Shown piece after piece: positions 1-8,920 of a stretch of 32,000 bases of DNA. The notes beneath the pieces were generated by a model that did no database searches, was not told where the DNA came from, and was given only the letters and a program-made list of their open reading frames with translations. Both the position numbers and the translations under genes were made by a program. The number at the start of each line of letters is the position of its first letter. Positions within the stretch are counted from its first letter, which is position 1. This DNA is from Nostoc sp. DedSLP01 (lineage in GTDB: Bacteria > Cyanobacteriota > Cyanobacteriia > Cyanobacteriales > Nostocaceae). The stretch spans positions 72,246 through 104,245 of the forward strand of contig JAVRCJ020000003.1 in NCBI GenBank assembly GCA_034530875.2, read 5' to 3'.

Positions 1-588
1 GAATACCCAATCACCAAATTTATTTTTGTCAACACACTCTAATTTATAGGGCGGAAAGAAAGTAGGAGCTGAGGCAGAAGCGGTGCATATCTCCCATAAA
101 TAACAGTCATCATACCATCTGTCTCCTAAATCGGGATGGCAATTTGTAAAAAAAGTGGTATTACGATAAAGTGTATCGTAAGCCAGAATTAAAATAATGG
201 GGTCTTGAATATCTTTAATTCTTTGATTTTTATATGCATCTTGAAGGACATTAATAATACCATCATGAGAATATTTAGGTGGCGAGAATATATCTAAAAT
301 AGCTTTAATAATAGACGGCATTTTTTTGTAGCGGTCTTTTACATTTTGCGGGAATATATCTTTACCTCTCTCTCGATAAAGCTTCATTAGTTCATAGCTA
401 TCTTTACCTACAGCAATCCCTGCTGTTAATATTGAGCCAGTAGAAGTGCCTGCAATCATATCAAAGTATTCGTGTAAAAAGTCTGCTTTCCCCTGACTTC
501 TAATTTCTTGCTCTACTTCTTGAAGTATCCGTGCTGTAATAACTCCGCGAATACCACCGCCATCTAAACTAAGAATTTTGAACGACAT
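1..588 (-). CDS. Patatin-like phospholipase, N-terminal ~196 codons; the 3' end runs off the left window edge
   Basis: My own minus-strand translation from ATG (588-586) gives MSFKILSLDGGGIRGVITARILQEVEQEI... It has the patatin oxyanion motif DGGGxRG and the nucleophile elbow GTSTG (..DMIAGTSTGSILTA..). The frame is open to position 1. It is absent from the supplied ORF track, probably because the window edge truncates it. Confidence 0.85.
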   Translation of the reverse strand, partial: MSFKILSLDGGGIRGVITARILQEVEQEIRSQGKADFLHEYFDMIAGTSTGSILTAGIAVGKDSYELMKLYRERGKDIFPQNVKDRYKKMPSIIKAILDIFSPPKYSHDGIINVLQDAYKNQRIKDIQDPIILILAYDTLYRNTTFFTNCHPDLGDRWYDDCYLWEICTASASAPTFFPPYKLECVDKNKFGDWVF

Positions 589-613
589 AAATAGTAATTC
601 TCCTTGATTTTCT

Positions 614-631
614 AATTCTGAATTCAGAATT
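614..631. promoter_or_regulatory. Perfect 18-bp palindrome AATTCTGAATTCAGAATT in the patatin 5' region; possible operator
   Basis: Read directly: 614-622 is the reverse complement of 623-631. It lies 26-43 nt upstream of the patatin ATG. A regulatory function is inferred only. Confidence 0.3.
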
Positions 632-733
632 TGTAATTAAGTCGCTGTTAGAAATTTGTGATTTTAACCCACAACTACTTAAAGTCAAAAGGGTAAAGAA
701 ACGGATATTCACTAGACCTCTTGCAAAAGTCAC

Positions 734-1144
734 TTAGGTAAATTCGGTTTGGGAGAGATGAAGCTCGTAATTGTAGAGAGCAGCAATCAAATTAAACCTC
801 AAACTAAATCTTTTTCGACGATTTCTATAAGTGAGGGACAAAATTTTAAATCCCTTCAGCTTCCGATTTACATGCTCACCTAAAACTCTGATTTGGGCTA
901 ATTTTTGATTACTCTTTTTATCCTCACAACTTAACTTACTTCCTCTAGGCTTTTTTTTAGGAATTTGACTATTGCTATGTAGCTTTTGAATACCTTGATA
1001 ACCTTTATCTCCCAAGCATTTTATGTCTCCTCGCAACCTAACTTTACTATTTTTAAATATCCGAAAATCATGCTCTCTACCCTTACCATGAGCGGTACAG
1101 ATGATTTGACCATTCGCTTGGTCTACTACTACCTGTGACTTCAA
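734..1144 (-). CDS. IS transposase orfB (DDE catalytic part), probably expressed as an orfAB fusion by -1 frameshifting
   Basis: The motifs ..CLGDKGYQG.. and ..RVLGEHVNRKLKGFKILSLTYRNRRKRF..IAALYNYEL fit the C-terminal DDE region of IS5-type transposases. The orfB frame is open upstream to the A7G run, where a -1 shift from orfA joins the frames (KKQKKFYSG..). The only start in this frame is a TTG that overlaps the orfA stop. Confidence 0.75.
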   Translation of the reverse strand: MKSQVVVDQANGQIICTAHGKGREHDFRIFKNSKVRLRGDIKCLGDKGYQGIQKLHSNSQIPKKKPRGSKLSCEDKKSNQKLAQIRVLGEHVNRKLKGFKILSLTYRNRRKRFSLRFNLIAALYNYELHLSQTEFT

Positions 1145-1575
1145 TGTATGCTGTTTCTTTTTCCCACTATAGAACTTTTTTTGTTTTTTTTAGGACGTTC
1201 AATTGGACTTTCTGTTACATCAACTACTACCACTTCTAATTGATAATTAGAAGTAGTCAGCTTTTTCTTCCCTGGCAGTGTGAACGCCCTCGATTTAGTC
1301 AGCATATCTTCTATTTTTCTGATAATTCTGTATGCCGTAGACTCATTTACTCTCCAAGATTGACCTATATGGAAGTATGTCCGGTATTCTCTCCAATATT
1401 CTAATGTCATTAACAATTGGTCTTCCAAGCTTAATTTACCTGGTCTTCCTGTTTTTTGTTTTAGCTGACTTTGCGATCGCACTATCTCTAACATCTCGTT
1501 AAAAGTCTCTGGACGTACACCACACAAGCGTTTAAAGTCTTCTGACTTCAGGCTCTTTACCTGTTCGTAGGTCAT
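1141..1575 (-). CDS. IS transposase orfA (HTH N-terminal part)
   Basis: The ATG is at 1575-1573. The sequence ..GRPGKLSLEDQLLMTLEYWREYRTYFHIGQSWRVNESTAYRII.. is typical of the helix-turn-helix part of IS5/DDE_Tnp-type transposases. The ORF ends just after the slippery run CCT-A8-C-A7-G (plus-strand T7-G-T8 at 1176-1191). Confidence 0.8.
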   Translation of the reverse strand: MTYEQVKSLKSEDFKRLCGVRPETFNEMLEIVRSQSQLKQKTGRPGKLSLEDQLLMTLEYWREYRTYFHIGQSWRVNESTAYRIIRKIEDMLTKSRAFTLPGKKKLTTSNYQLEVVVVDVTESPIERPKKNKKSSIVGKRNSIH

Positions 1576-1703
1576 TTATGCTACCCAACTCTCACTTACT
1601 TGTCCCATGCATCTAGGACTTTTGCAAGAGGTCTCTTCATCAGCTGTCATCAAATTGAGAAAATTGTTAGCTGAAAAACAAGCTCTGCCAAAAGCACAGG
1701 ATA

Positions 1704-1970
1704 ATGACTCTGAAATATTTGCTGGATGAAAATGTTGCTCCTCTTTACCAGATTCAACTCAAACGGCAAAAACGCGATTTAATTGTTTGGGTAGTTGGCG
1801 ATGCTGGTACTCCTCCTAAAAGCACATTAGATCCAGAAATATTATGCTGGTGTGAGGAATACGATTTTATTTTGGTAACAAATAACCGCAGATCTATGCC
1901 TGTACATTTAGCTGAACATATTGCCCAAGGGCGTAATGTACCAGGTATTTTTATTTTGAGTGAAAATTAA
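1704..1970 (+). CDS. DUF5615-like small PIN-like protein (putative toxin-type nuclease fold)
   Basis: The 88-aa product is MTLKYLLDENVAPLY...LDPEILCWCEEYDFILVTNNRRSM. The pattern (LLDENV.., ..ILVTNN..) matches the DUF5615 family as I recall it. No partner gene is present upstream, where the IS sits 69 nt away. Confidence 0.6.
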   Translation: MTLKYLLDENVAPLYQIQLKRQKRDLIVWVVGDAGTPPKSTLDPEILCWCEEYDFILVTNNRRSMPVHLAEHIAQGRNVPGIFILSEN

Positions 1971-2123
1971 CTATAGGTCAGACTATTAATCAATTAATTT
2001 TAATTGCTGAAGCCTCTTTTGATAACGAATATCAAAACCAAATTTTTAATTTACCACTATTTTAATATATGCTTTAGAACAACTAAAACGAAGTGATGAG
2101 TATTTTAATTCAATAAGCATTTG

Positions 2124-2161
2124 AAAAAAATAAACTCCCCGACTTCTTAAAAAATCGGGGA
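2124..2161 (-). terminator. Intrinsic terminator of the BON lipoprotein gene
   Basis: On the minus strand the stem CCCCGA (2155-2160 pairs with 2137-2142) has a 12-nt loop and is followed by a U-run (plus-strand A7 at 2124-2130). It lies 47 nt after the stop at 2208. Confidence 0.6.
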
Positions 2162-2207
2162 TTTATCTTACAGCCAAAAGTCAACAATTTAGAACTGCTA
2201 TCTTGTC

Positions 2208-2678
2208 CTATGGCTTTTTCACAGCTTCAACTTTTGCTTCTACCTTCACCGTTTTCACACCTTGAACTTGCTTCGCTAAAGTTTCAGCTTTTTTGAGTTC
2301 ATCAACAGAAGCAGCAGTACCTTGGAGGATAATTTCACCCTCTTTATTTTCAACTTGTAACTTATTTCCTGGTAAATCTTTATTCAACTTTTTGCTGACT
2401 TCAGTTTTTAAATCACTTTCAACTTTCGTTGCTGCACTTTTTGGAGAATCGATTTTAACTTTAGTCTGTGTAGTAGGTATTGGAACCAAAGTTGGTAGTG
2501 CTGGAATTTTAATAGTTTTATCAACATTTGGATTTGTTGCGGAGGCTGGTGTTGCTGGTGCTTGGGACGCTTCATTGGTAGTGTTAGGAGTTTGGGAACC
2601 AGTTTTAGCAGTCTCTTGGCAGCCAACAGTACCAATTACCAGAATGCCACTAACTAAAAATGGAATTAGCTTTTTCAT
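2208..2678 (-). CDS. BON-domain lipoprotein
   Basis: The lipoprotein signal MKKLIPFLVSGILVIGTVGC is followed by a low-complexity T/P/A linker. The C-terminal ..LQVENKEGEIILQGTAASVDELKKAETLAKQVQGVKTVKVEAKV resembles a BON domain. Confidence 0.75.
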   Translation of the reverse strand: MKKLIPFLVSGILVIGTVGCQETAKTGSQTPNTTNEASQAPATPASATNPNVDKTIKIPALPTLVPIPTTQTKVKIDSPKSAATKVESDLKTEVSKKLNKDLPGNKLQVENKEGEIILQGTAASVDELKKAETLAKQVQGVKTVKVEAKVEAVKKP

Positions 2679-2770
2679 TATTTATCTCCGAATTCAGTAC
2701 TTGAAGCGATTAATTAAGCTGTCTGTTGTGGTGAGGAGCAAATGTTAAAAATTTATTATTTTTTGTTTAC

Positions 2771-2791
2771 CATTTGTCATCTGTCATTTGT
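2771..2791. repeat. Heptamer tandem repeat (CATTTGT/CATCTGT x3), STRR-like
   Basis: Read directly as catttgt catctgt catttgt. Short tandem heptamers are characteristic of heterocystous cyanobacteria. Confidence 0.7.
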
Positions 2792-2815
2792 ACTTTGCTA
2801 ACGACTAATGACTGT

Positions 2816-2871
2816 TGTACAGAGGTAATAAATCACGTCTATGCACAGACGCGATTCATCGCATCTCTACA
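2816..2871. repeat. Small dispersed palindromic repeat of the ..ACAGACGCGAT..ATCGC.TCTCTACA type
   Basis: The sequence is gtacagaggtaataaatcacgtctatgcacagacgcgattcatcgcatctctaca. It is related to 4110-4160 and to the hairpin at 19706-19736, sharing the TGTAGAGACG.. core. Confidence 0.6.
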
Positions 2872-3188
2872 ATGGCTAAAATTTTGGAGAATGCACCAAC
2901 TCAATTTCTTTATGGCTGCTTACTAGCATAGTTCAACATCAGTCTCTAGCTTTTTCAATTTCCGGTAGATGCTCAATAGCTTTCTTGGAATGAGACGATG
3001 CTGCCATATCATCGTGATTTGATGTTATCAGATTTGCAGAAGTTTGGCGATGTCTACAACAACCTCGTAGATACAACTCAAAATTTCCGCATTTTTCCAA
3101 TTCTTTGCCAGCAAAGTTACCAACAAAATGTTAGTTTAAAAAACTATGGCTTGCTTAAAATGTCCACAATACCAGGAAATATTAGCCA

Positions 3189-4109
3189 ATGCCCTATCTT
3201 AGTTCTGCCAGGGAAATTCGCGCCATTGTCGCTGAATATACTCATACTAAAACGCTGTGGATAGATACAGAAGTGGCTGACTATAAAAGCCGCAATCCCA
3301 AGCTGTCGCTGATTCAGGTATTGGACGATCCTGATGATATGAGTGGCGATCGCGTTTATCTTTTAGATGTCCTAGAGCAGGATAATATTATAGCTGAATT
3401 TATTGAAAAAATTATGTTCAATCCTAATATTGAAAAAGTTTTTCATAATGCCAGTTACGATCTAAAACTTCTCGGTAATAAAAAAGCAAAAAATATTACT
3501 TGTACTTTGGAAATGGCCAAGAAAATTCCTTATTATCTGTTGCCATTGCCAAATTACCAACTCCAAACCATAGCTACTGCACTGTGTAGTTTTAACAATA
3601 TCGACAAACAAGAACAACAAAGCGATTGGGGGAAACGTCCCCTTACCGAAGAACAAATAGAGTATGCTTACCTAGATTGTATTTATCTGGCTCAAATCCA
3701 CTCGAATTTGTTAAAATTACAAGCCCAAGCTAACCTCGATCCGGCAACAGAAGATTTAGGAATACTTAGTGCTAAATACTCGCAACTTGAACAGCAATGG
3801 AAGTTATTAAATTCAGAATTCGAGCATTTGCAAGAACGTATCAAAAAAGCTATGCAAGCCCAGAATATATCTGAAACTCCTGATTACAAGTTGACTAGTT
3901 ATGAACGTACCACAATCAAAACTACATTTACAGAATTGTTCAATTTAGCACAAACTGAAGGTATTGATGTAGATTTTCCCATTACACTAACTCAGAAAAT
4001 CCAAAAAGATTTAGGGCAAAATCTAGAACAGTTATCTGTAGATGTTGACAAAACTACTGCTTGGCGCTTAACTCCTAAAACTCAGGATGCGGAAACGGAC
4101 AATGATTAA
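3189..4109 (+). CDS. 3'-5' exonuclease, RNase D-like DEDDy family, with a C-terminal helical extension
   Basis: The three Exo motifs are readable: WIDTEVAD (ExoI), HNASYDLKLL (ExoII) and YAYLDCIYL (ExoIII with Tyr). Confidence 0.8.
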   Translation: MPYLSSAREIRAIVAEYTHTKTLWIDTEVADYKSRNPKLSLIQVLDDPDDMSGDRVYLLDVLEQDNIIAEFIEKIMFNPNIEKVFHNASYDLKLLGNKKAKNITCTLEMAKKIPYYLLPLPNYQLQTIATALCSFNNIDKQEQQSDWGKRPLTEEQIEYAYLDCIYLAQIHSNLLKLQAQANLDPATEDLGILSAKYSQLEQQWKLLNSEFEHLQERIKKAMQAQNISETPDYKLTSYERTTIKTTFTELFNLAQTEGIDVDFPITLTQKIQKDLGQNLEQLSVDVDKTTAWRLTPKTQDAETDND

Positions 4110-4160
4110 CAGACGCGATAAATCAATAAGTGAGAGACGCGATAAATTGCGGTCTCTACA
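4110..4160. repeat. Small dispersed repeat / hairpin directly after the exonuclease stop; possible terminator
   Basis: The sequence is acagacgcgataaatcaataagtgagagacgcgataaattgcggtctctaca. It holds two copies of GAGACGCGATAAAT and an imperfect palindrome AGAGACGCGATAAATTGCGGTCTCT. Confidence 0.55.
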
Positions 4161-4381
4161 AAAATGATATTGAATTCAATGGAGGCAGCGTTAATAAAGT
4201 TATTAAATTGACAAAGCTCATTGCCAAATTATGAGAATAATTTTTAATCTAAAATTTAAAATTAGTACGGTCAATTAATAAAATTTATTGAAAGCTGTAT
4301 CAAAAGTTAGAGTAATTATTCTGTTAAAGAATTAAAATCTAGATTTTGGGATTAATTCCAGAAGATTGCAGAGGAGTTGCA

Positions 4382-4403
4382 GGGGCACGACATTGTTGTG
4401 CCC
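4382..4403. repeat. GGGGCAC..GTGCCC hairpin repeat
   Basis: The sequence is ggggcacgacattgttgtgccc. It belongs to the same class as the hairpin at 31402-31427 (aggggcgcacatttgtgcgcccct). Confidence 0.5.
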
Positions 4404-4541
4404 TTAGCCGTGTACTTCATTTACCTGAAAAAGGCTGTATTTCAGGCGTTCTTAAGAAAGAACAAAGGCGTCAGTCAGCAGATGTTCTTGTTCTGATTTC
4501 TGAATTGGTGAATTCTTATTCAAGGCAGTTTATTTTAACTT

Positions 4542-5384
4542 ATGATACGGCGTTTATTTGGGCAAAAGCGAACAAAGGTAAATAAAGTATTTACCATAGC
4601 TATTTTTACTACATTGACGGCAATTAGTAGCGTGTCTTGCAGTAAGAATGATAATGTATTAATTACCGAAGTCGGAGTTAGTCCACCTAGCCGTCGTTCA
4701 GCTATCAGAACCAAAGCTGAAGCATTCTACGTTCAGGGAAAAAATCAGCATATCAACGGCGATTTGCAAGCCGCGATCGCTTCGTATACTCAAGCAATAG
4801 AGCAGAATTCTCAATATGTCGCTGCTTACAACAGTCGGGGATTAGCCTATTTTGATTTGGGAGATAAACAAAAAGCGATCGCAGATTACAATGAAGCGCT
4901 GCGTATCAATCCCAACAACGCCGAAGCATATAATAACCGGGGAAATGCCCGCGCCTCCCAAGGAAATAACCGAGAAGCTGTTAAAGATTATAGTGAAGCG
5001 ATTCGCCTAAATCCCAACTACGCCGAAGCCTATAATAATCGAGGAAATGCCCGCGCCTCATTAGGAGAAAAAAACAGGGGGATAGATGATTTTGACCAAG
5101 CCATCGCCCTCAGACCGAGATATGCCATCGCCTACAATAACCGCGGAAATGCCCGTGCTGCCAATGGAGATCCGCAAGGAGCGATCGCAGATTACAATGA
5201 AGCCATTCGCCTCAATCCTAACTTTGCCCCTGCCTACAATAACCGCGGAAATGCCCGCGCCAAGAATGGAGATAAAGAAGGCGCACTTAAGGACTTGGAA
5301 CAAGCAGCCAACATCTTTCAAACTCAAGGTAACAACGATCTATATCAGCAAGTGACAAAAAATATCAAAGAACTTGCACAGTAG
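4542..5384 (+). CDS. TPR-repeat lipoprotein
   Basis: A signal/lipobox ..LTAISSVSC is followed by about six 34-aa TPR units with the recurring AEAYNNRGNARA...A..DY..AI.LNPN signature. Confidence 0.85.
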   Translation: MIRRLFGQKRTKVNKVFTIAIFTTLTAISSVSCSKNDNVLITEVGVSPPSRRSAIRTKAEAFYVQGKNQHINGDLQAAIASYTQAIEQNSQYVAAYNSRGLAYFDLGDKQKAIADYNEALRINPNNAEAYNNRGNARASQGNNREAVKDYSEAIRLNPNYAEAYNNRGNARASLGEKNRGIDDFDQAIALRPRYAIAYNNRGNARAANGDPQGAIADYNEAIRLNPNFAPAYNNRGNARAKNGDKEGALKDLEQAANIFQTQGNNDLYQQVTKNIKELAQ

Positions 5385-5492
5385 AGGGAATGGGGACTGG
5401 GAGATGGGGAAGTGTGGGGAGTGTGGGGAGTGTGGGGGGAAAGATTTCTTCCCCATCCTCCTACACCTGCCACACTTCCTATGCCCCATGCC
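5385..5492. repeat. G-rich/C-rich palindromic dispersed element (copy A), including a GTGTGGGGA x3 nonamer run
   Basis: Its reverse complement aligns with 25678-25799. The shared core is GGAGGATGGGGAAGAAATCTTTCCCCCCACAC, flanked by ATGGGGCAT. It fills the gap between the convergent TPR and actP genes. Confidence 0.8.
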
Positions 5493-5502
5493 TTATTCTC
5501 AA

Positions 5503-7077
5503 TTACATTTCAGAGCCAATGTGGATGCGATCCTCAACTTCTGCAAATTTTTCCTGTGCCTGTCGTTCGGTACCCAATAACGAAACAACGATCGCCACGA
5601 TAAATGCTAGAGGAATCGTAACTAATCCAGGATTTTTCAGCGGGAAGGGCGCCCAAGGGTTTTTGAGAATTGTTACCTGAATAGTAGGTGACAAATAAAT
5701 CAGTAGTAAGGAGGAGAAAGTACCTACTAGCGTACTTGCAACTGCCCCGTTAGTGGTAAAGCGTCGCCAAAGCATTGACAGAAGCAATGCTGGGAAGTTG
5801 GCACTAGCAGCGATCGCAAATGCTAAACCTACCATATAAGCCACGTTTTGCCCTTTAAACAAGATGCCCAGGAGTATGGCTACTAACCCGAGAAGCATTG
5901 TCGCACCACGAGCCACCTTCAGCTGTTCTGACTCGTCAGCATGACCCGAACGCACCACATTCACCCACAAATCGTGAGAAAGTGCAGCTGCACCTGAGAG
6001 TGTTAATCCAGCAACAACCGCCAAAATCGTTGCAAAGGAAACGGCAGCAATAAAGCCTAAGAAAGCATCGCCACCAAGAAATTCTGCCAACATCGGTGCA
6101 GCCATATTACCACCAGTACCGATTTGCTTGATGGCATCTTGGCCTACTAGCACCATTGCCCCAAAGCCCAGGATGAAAGTCAGAAGGTAAAAAGCTCCAA
6201 TAATGGCTGTGGCGTAGGTAACAGAAATCCGGGCGGCTTTAGCGTCGGGTACTGTGTAGAAACGCATTAGGATGTGGGGTAATCCAGCTGTGCCGAACAT
6301 CAACGACATGCCTAAGGAAATAGCATCAAAGGGGTCAGAAACTTGTTTGCCTGGAGCTAATACACCTGTATATTTCTCAGCCGCAGCGGCAAAAAGAGCC
6401 ATTGGGTTAAAGCCAAATCGCGCGAGTACCAAAATAGCTAGCAAGATAGTTCCGCCAAGCAAGAGAACTGCTTTGATAATTTGTACCCAAGTGGTGGCAA
6501 TCATCCCCCCAAAAATCACATAAGCCATCATTACGCAACCGACAATGACCACGGCTAATTCATAATCAAAGCCAAACAGCAGTTTGATTAGCTCCCCAGC
6601 ACCTACCATCTGGGCAATTAAGTAGAAGGTGATTACTGCCAAGGTTCCAATTGCAGATGCTATGCGTACAGGTTTTTGTCGCAAGCGAAAAGCTACTACA
6701 TCAGCAAAGGTGTATTTACCCAAGTTACGTAGCGGTTCTGCAATCAAAAACATGACAATCGGCCAGCCCACCAAGAAGCCGATAGAATAAATTAAGCCGT
6801 CAAAGCCGTTGAGTGCTACCAGCCCAGCGATACCTAAAAAGCTGGCTGCACTCATGAAGTCTCCCGCTAGGGCTAACCCATTTTGAAAACCACTGATTTT
6901 ACCGTCAGCTGTATAAAAGTGTGAGGTGCTTTTAGTGAGCTTTGCCGCCCAATAAGTGATGCCTAAAGAACTTACAACAAAAAGAAAAAAGAAAGCGATC
7001 GCCAACGGATTAAAGTGGCCAAGTCTAGAAATATCCGTTACTGCTAAAGGCAAATCGCACCAAAACACAATATTCAT
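5503..7077 (-). CDS. actP: Cation/acetate symporter (sodium:solute symporter family)
   Basis: The 524-aa polytopic protein contains ..[44 protein letters not shown].., typical of ActP. It is preceded by a DUF485 gene, as in yjcH-actP operons. Confidence 0.9.
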   Translation of the reverse strand: MNIVFWCDLPLAVTDISRLGHFNPLAIAFFFLFVVSSLGITYWAAKLTKSTSHFYTADGKISGFQNGLALAGDFMSAASFLGIAGLVALNGFDGLIYSIGFLVGWPIVMFLIAEPLRNLGKYTFADVVAFRLRQKPVRIASAIGTLAVITFYLIAQMVGAGELIKLLFGFDYELAVVIVGCVMMAYVIFGGMIATTWVQIIKAVLLLGGTILLAILVLARFGFNPMALFAAAAEKYTGVLAPGKQVSDPFDAISLGMSLMFGTAGLPHILMRFYTVPDAKAARISVTYATAIIGAFYLLTFILGFGAMVLVGQDAIKQIGTGGNMAAPMLAEFLGGDAFLGFIAAVSFATILAVVAGLTLSGAAALSHDLWVNVVRSGHADESEQLKVARGATMLLGLVAILLGILFKGQNVAYMVGLAFAIAASANFPALLLSMLWRRFTTNGAVASTLVGTFSSLLLIYLSPTIQVTILKNPWAPFPLKNPGLVTIPLAFIVAIVVSLLGTERQAQEKFAEVEDRIHIGSEM

Positions 7078-7132
7078 GCTTAATTGGGTTTGATATCTTA
7101 GATTTTGGACTAGAAATTGCTAATAACTAAAT

Positions 7133-7408
7133 TCACTTGCGTGTGAGTCTTGCGATTTGGTTATCGTAACTGCTATTTGCCCAACGCACGTAGATAAAAA
7201 TTAATACCCATGCCGAGACAATTACCAGCGCCCCTAGTAAAATTCCCAAACTCAGACCTGGAACTACTAACGATCCCAATAGGGGCTTATTGAAGGCAAT
7301 TAACAGGATAAAACCAAAGTAAATAAACATCATGGCTCCACTCAAAATCAGGGATACCCGCCAACGTTCAGCCGCGAGAGCCTGGAGAGCCTTTGTGCGA
7401 TCGTTCAT
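7133..7408 (-). CDS. yjcH: DUF485 (YjcH-like) small inner-membrane protein
   Basis: The product is 91 aa with two TM helices and a ..WRVSLILS..MFIYFGFILLIAF.. pattern. It lies 55 nt upstream of actP on the same strand. Confidence 0.8.
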   Translation of the reverse strand: MNDRTKALQALAAERWRVSLILSGAMMFIYFGFILLIAFNKPLLGSLVVPGLSLGILLGALVIVSAWVLIFIYVRWANSSYDNQIARLTRK

Positions 7409-7808
7409 GTCTTCCTTGAGGTAGAGAAGATTAGGTCACGATTGTCTCATTGAAGTTGATTTCTGTGTAATTTTCTTAAAGATTATTAGTAAATCTATTG
7501 TTGTGTTAGGTAATAAAATTAACTTTGCTAAGGAATATACACAATAAAAAGACAATAATGACTATGTTTTGATATGCGTAAAACTACAGATACTATGAGA
7601 TATCAATAAATCTGAAATATAAATAATTTTTTACCTAGTTACTGACTCAGTAGTAACTTATCCTCTTGAGATACTCAAACAAGAGTCAAAAATATCAAGT
7701 TTTGATATACAAAAAGTTTAAATTTAATGCGTATTTATTGCTAGGTTTTTATTTTTAAAATTTCATAAAAAATTTCTCTCAAGTAGATAATATATTAAAA
7801 AAACTTGG

Positions 7809-7843
7809 TTTTTTGGTATTTCTGATAAAGAAATACCAAAAAA
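7809..7843. terminator. Perfect 14-bp stem hairpin with flanking T/A runs (bidirectional terminator-like) inside a divergent intergenic region
   Basis: TTTTTTGGTATTTC (7809-7822), a 7-nt loop, then GAAATACCAAAAAA (7830-7843), read directly. Confidence 0.45.
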
Positions 7844-8212
7844 TACCGGAGTTGATTACGTAAATAAACAGTAATATTTATATCATCAGTTTACTAACAT
7901 ACAGATAAAGCGCTAGAAAAATCTAGTAAATCATAGTACTAAAAATATCTGGCTCAGCTTTTATCTGCATTGCAATTTGCATAGATATGAATTTCATCAT
8001 TGTAACGAGCGAAAGCTGATTTTTAACACATTGTCTGACTATATCAACTGATTCAGAGCATCTCAGTTCCACAAAAATATTTAGGAAAAAATGCGAAAAT
8101 TATCGACGTAAATTTGTAGATATATCTATGTCTACAAAAGTGAGATGCACTCTTTAATTTAACCCTCAAAAAGCCCAAATTTCAGCTTCTACCATACCAC
8201 AAACCAGAATCT

Positions 8213-8836
8213 ATGTTTATTGAAACGCTATTCACAGACCCAATTTCTTTTTTGAGAATCATTGTAATTGTCATATTTTCCATTACTTTGCACGAACTTG
8301 CTCACGGCTGGGCTGCTATGAGTCAGGGGGATAATACTCCACAAAAGACAGGGCATCTCACCCTTAATCCTGTAGTTCACATGGGCAAAGAATCGATTAT
8401 CTTTCTTTGTCTGATGGGTATAGCCTGGGGACAAATGCCCGTCAACCCGTCTAAATTTCGCTCTCGCAAGCTAGGCAATATTTTGGTGTCTGCGGCTGGC
8501 CCATTTTCAAATTTGGCTTTAGGTATTCTATTTACTCTAGCCCTTAAAATTCTCGCTACCTTGACCCTTGCAGGAGTCTTCAGTGTCGAATTTCTTTATC
8601 TAGCGGCTCGAATCAATTTAACATTATTTATGTTTAATCTCTTGCCAATCCCACCACTTGATGGCTTTCATGTCTTCAGTGAAATTTTTCCAAAATTAAA
8701 ACCATTAGAAACTACTCAATTTGGAATCTTTGCAATGATGCTTCTATTTATAATTCCAGAATTTGGGATTGGACTTAGTAGCATTTCTGATTTAGTTATT
8801 CGGTCGGTAATTGGTGTAAAATCCGGAAATTTTTAA
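8213..8836 (+). CDS. Site-2 protease family (M50) membrane metalloprotease
   Basis: It has the HELAHG (HExxH) motif in TM1 and ..FNLLPIPPLDGFHV.. (the second metal-ligand motif). It is 207 aa and polytopic. Confidence 0.85.
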   Translation: MFIETLFTDPISFLRIIVIVIFSITLHELAHGWAAMSQGDNTPQKTGHLTLNPVVHMGKESIIFLCLMGIAWGQMPVNPSKFRSRKLGNILVSAAGPFSNLALGILFTLALKILATLTLAGVFSVEFLYLAARINLTLFMFNLLPIPPLDGFHVFSEIFPKLKPLETTQFGIFAMMLLFIIPEFGIGLSSISDLVIRSVIGVKSGNF

Positions 8837-8864
8837 CCTCATAAACTATTTAAAGCCAGGGATG

Positions 8865-8900
8865 CCCGACTTGTTACCAAAAGTCGGGTATCTTGTTGTT
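8865..8900 (+). terminator. Intrinsic terminator of the M50 gene
   Basis: The stem CCCGACTT (8865-8872) pairs with AAGTCGGG (8881-8888) and is followed by a T-rich tail tatcttgttgttt. Confidence 0.6.
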
Positions 8901-8920
8901 TATCAATCAATACAGTTCAG

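Larger units (their letters stand above)
714..1634 (-). mobile_element. 921-bp insertion sequence (IS5-family-like) with two overlapping transposase frames
   Basis: The terminal inverted repeats are 18/18 identical: 714-731 AGACCTCTTGCAAAAGTC is the reverse complement of 1617-1634. Both ends are flanked by CT (712-713 and 1635-1636), a possible 2-bp target duplication. The element contains orfA and orfB with an A-run slippery site. Confidence 0.85.

Noticed and set aside
591-1715. A disrupted antitoxin gene upstream of DUF5615. If the IS and one CT are removed, a frame is open from 591 across the junction and ends in ATGA overlapping the DUF5615 start.
   Set aside because: The 41 codons to the left of the IS contain no ATG, GTG or TTG. 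The sequence does not resemble the DUF433 partners of this family, and the frame would overlap the patatin leader. The open frame is probably chance.
2998-3264. 88-aa track ORF overlapping the exonuclease start.
   Set aside because: It overlaps a well-supported gene out of frame, has no motifs, and has no SD.
4346-4585. 79-aa track ORF upstream of the TPR lipoprotein gene.
   Set aside because: It has a non-ATG start, spans the GGGGCAC..GTGCCC hairpin repeat, overlaps the TPR gene start, and has no recognisable features.
5374-5680. Track ORFs 5374..5580, 5390..5680 and 5412..5603, and likewise 25587..25787, which encode WGVWGV/GECGECG-type peptides.
   Set aside because: They translate the G-rich/C-rich palindromic element and then run antisense into actP or the kinase gene. 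They are low-complexity artefacts of the repeat.
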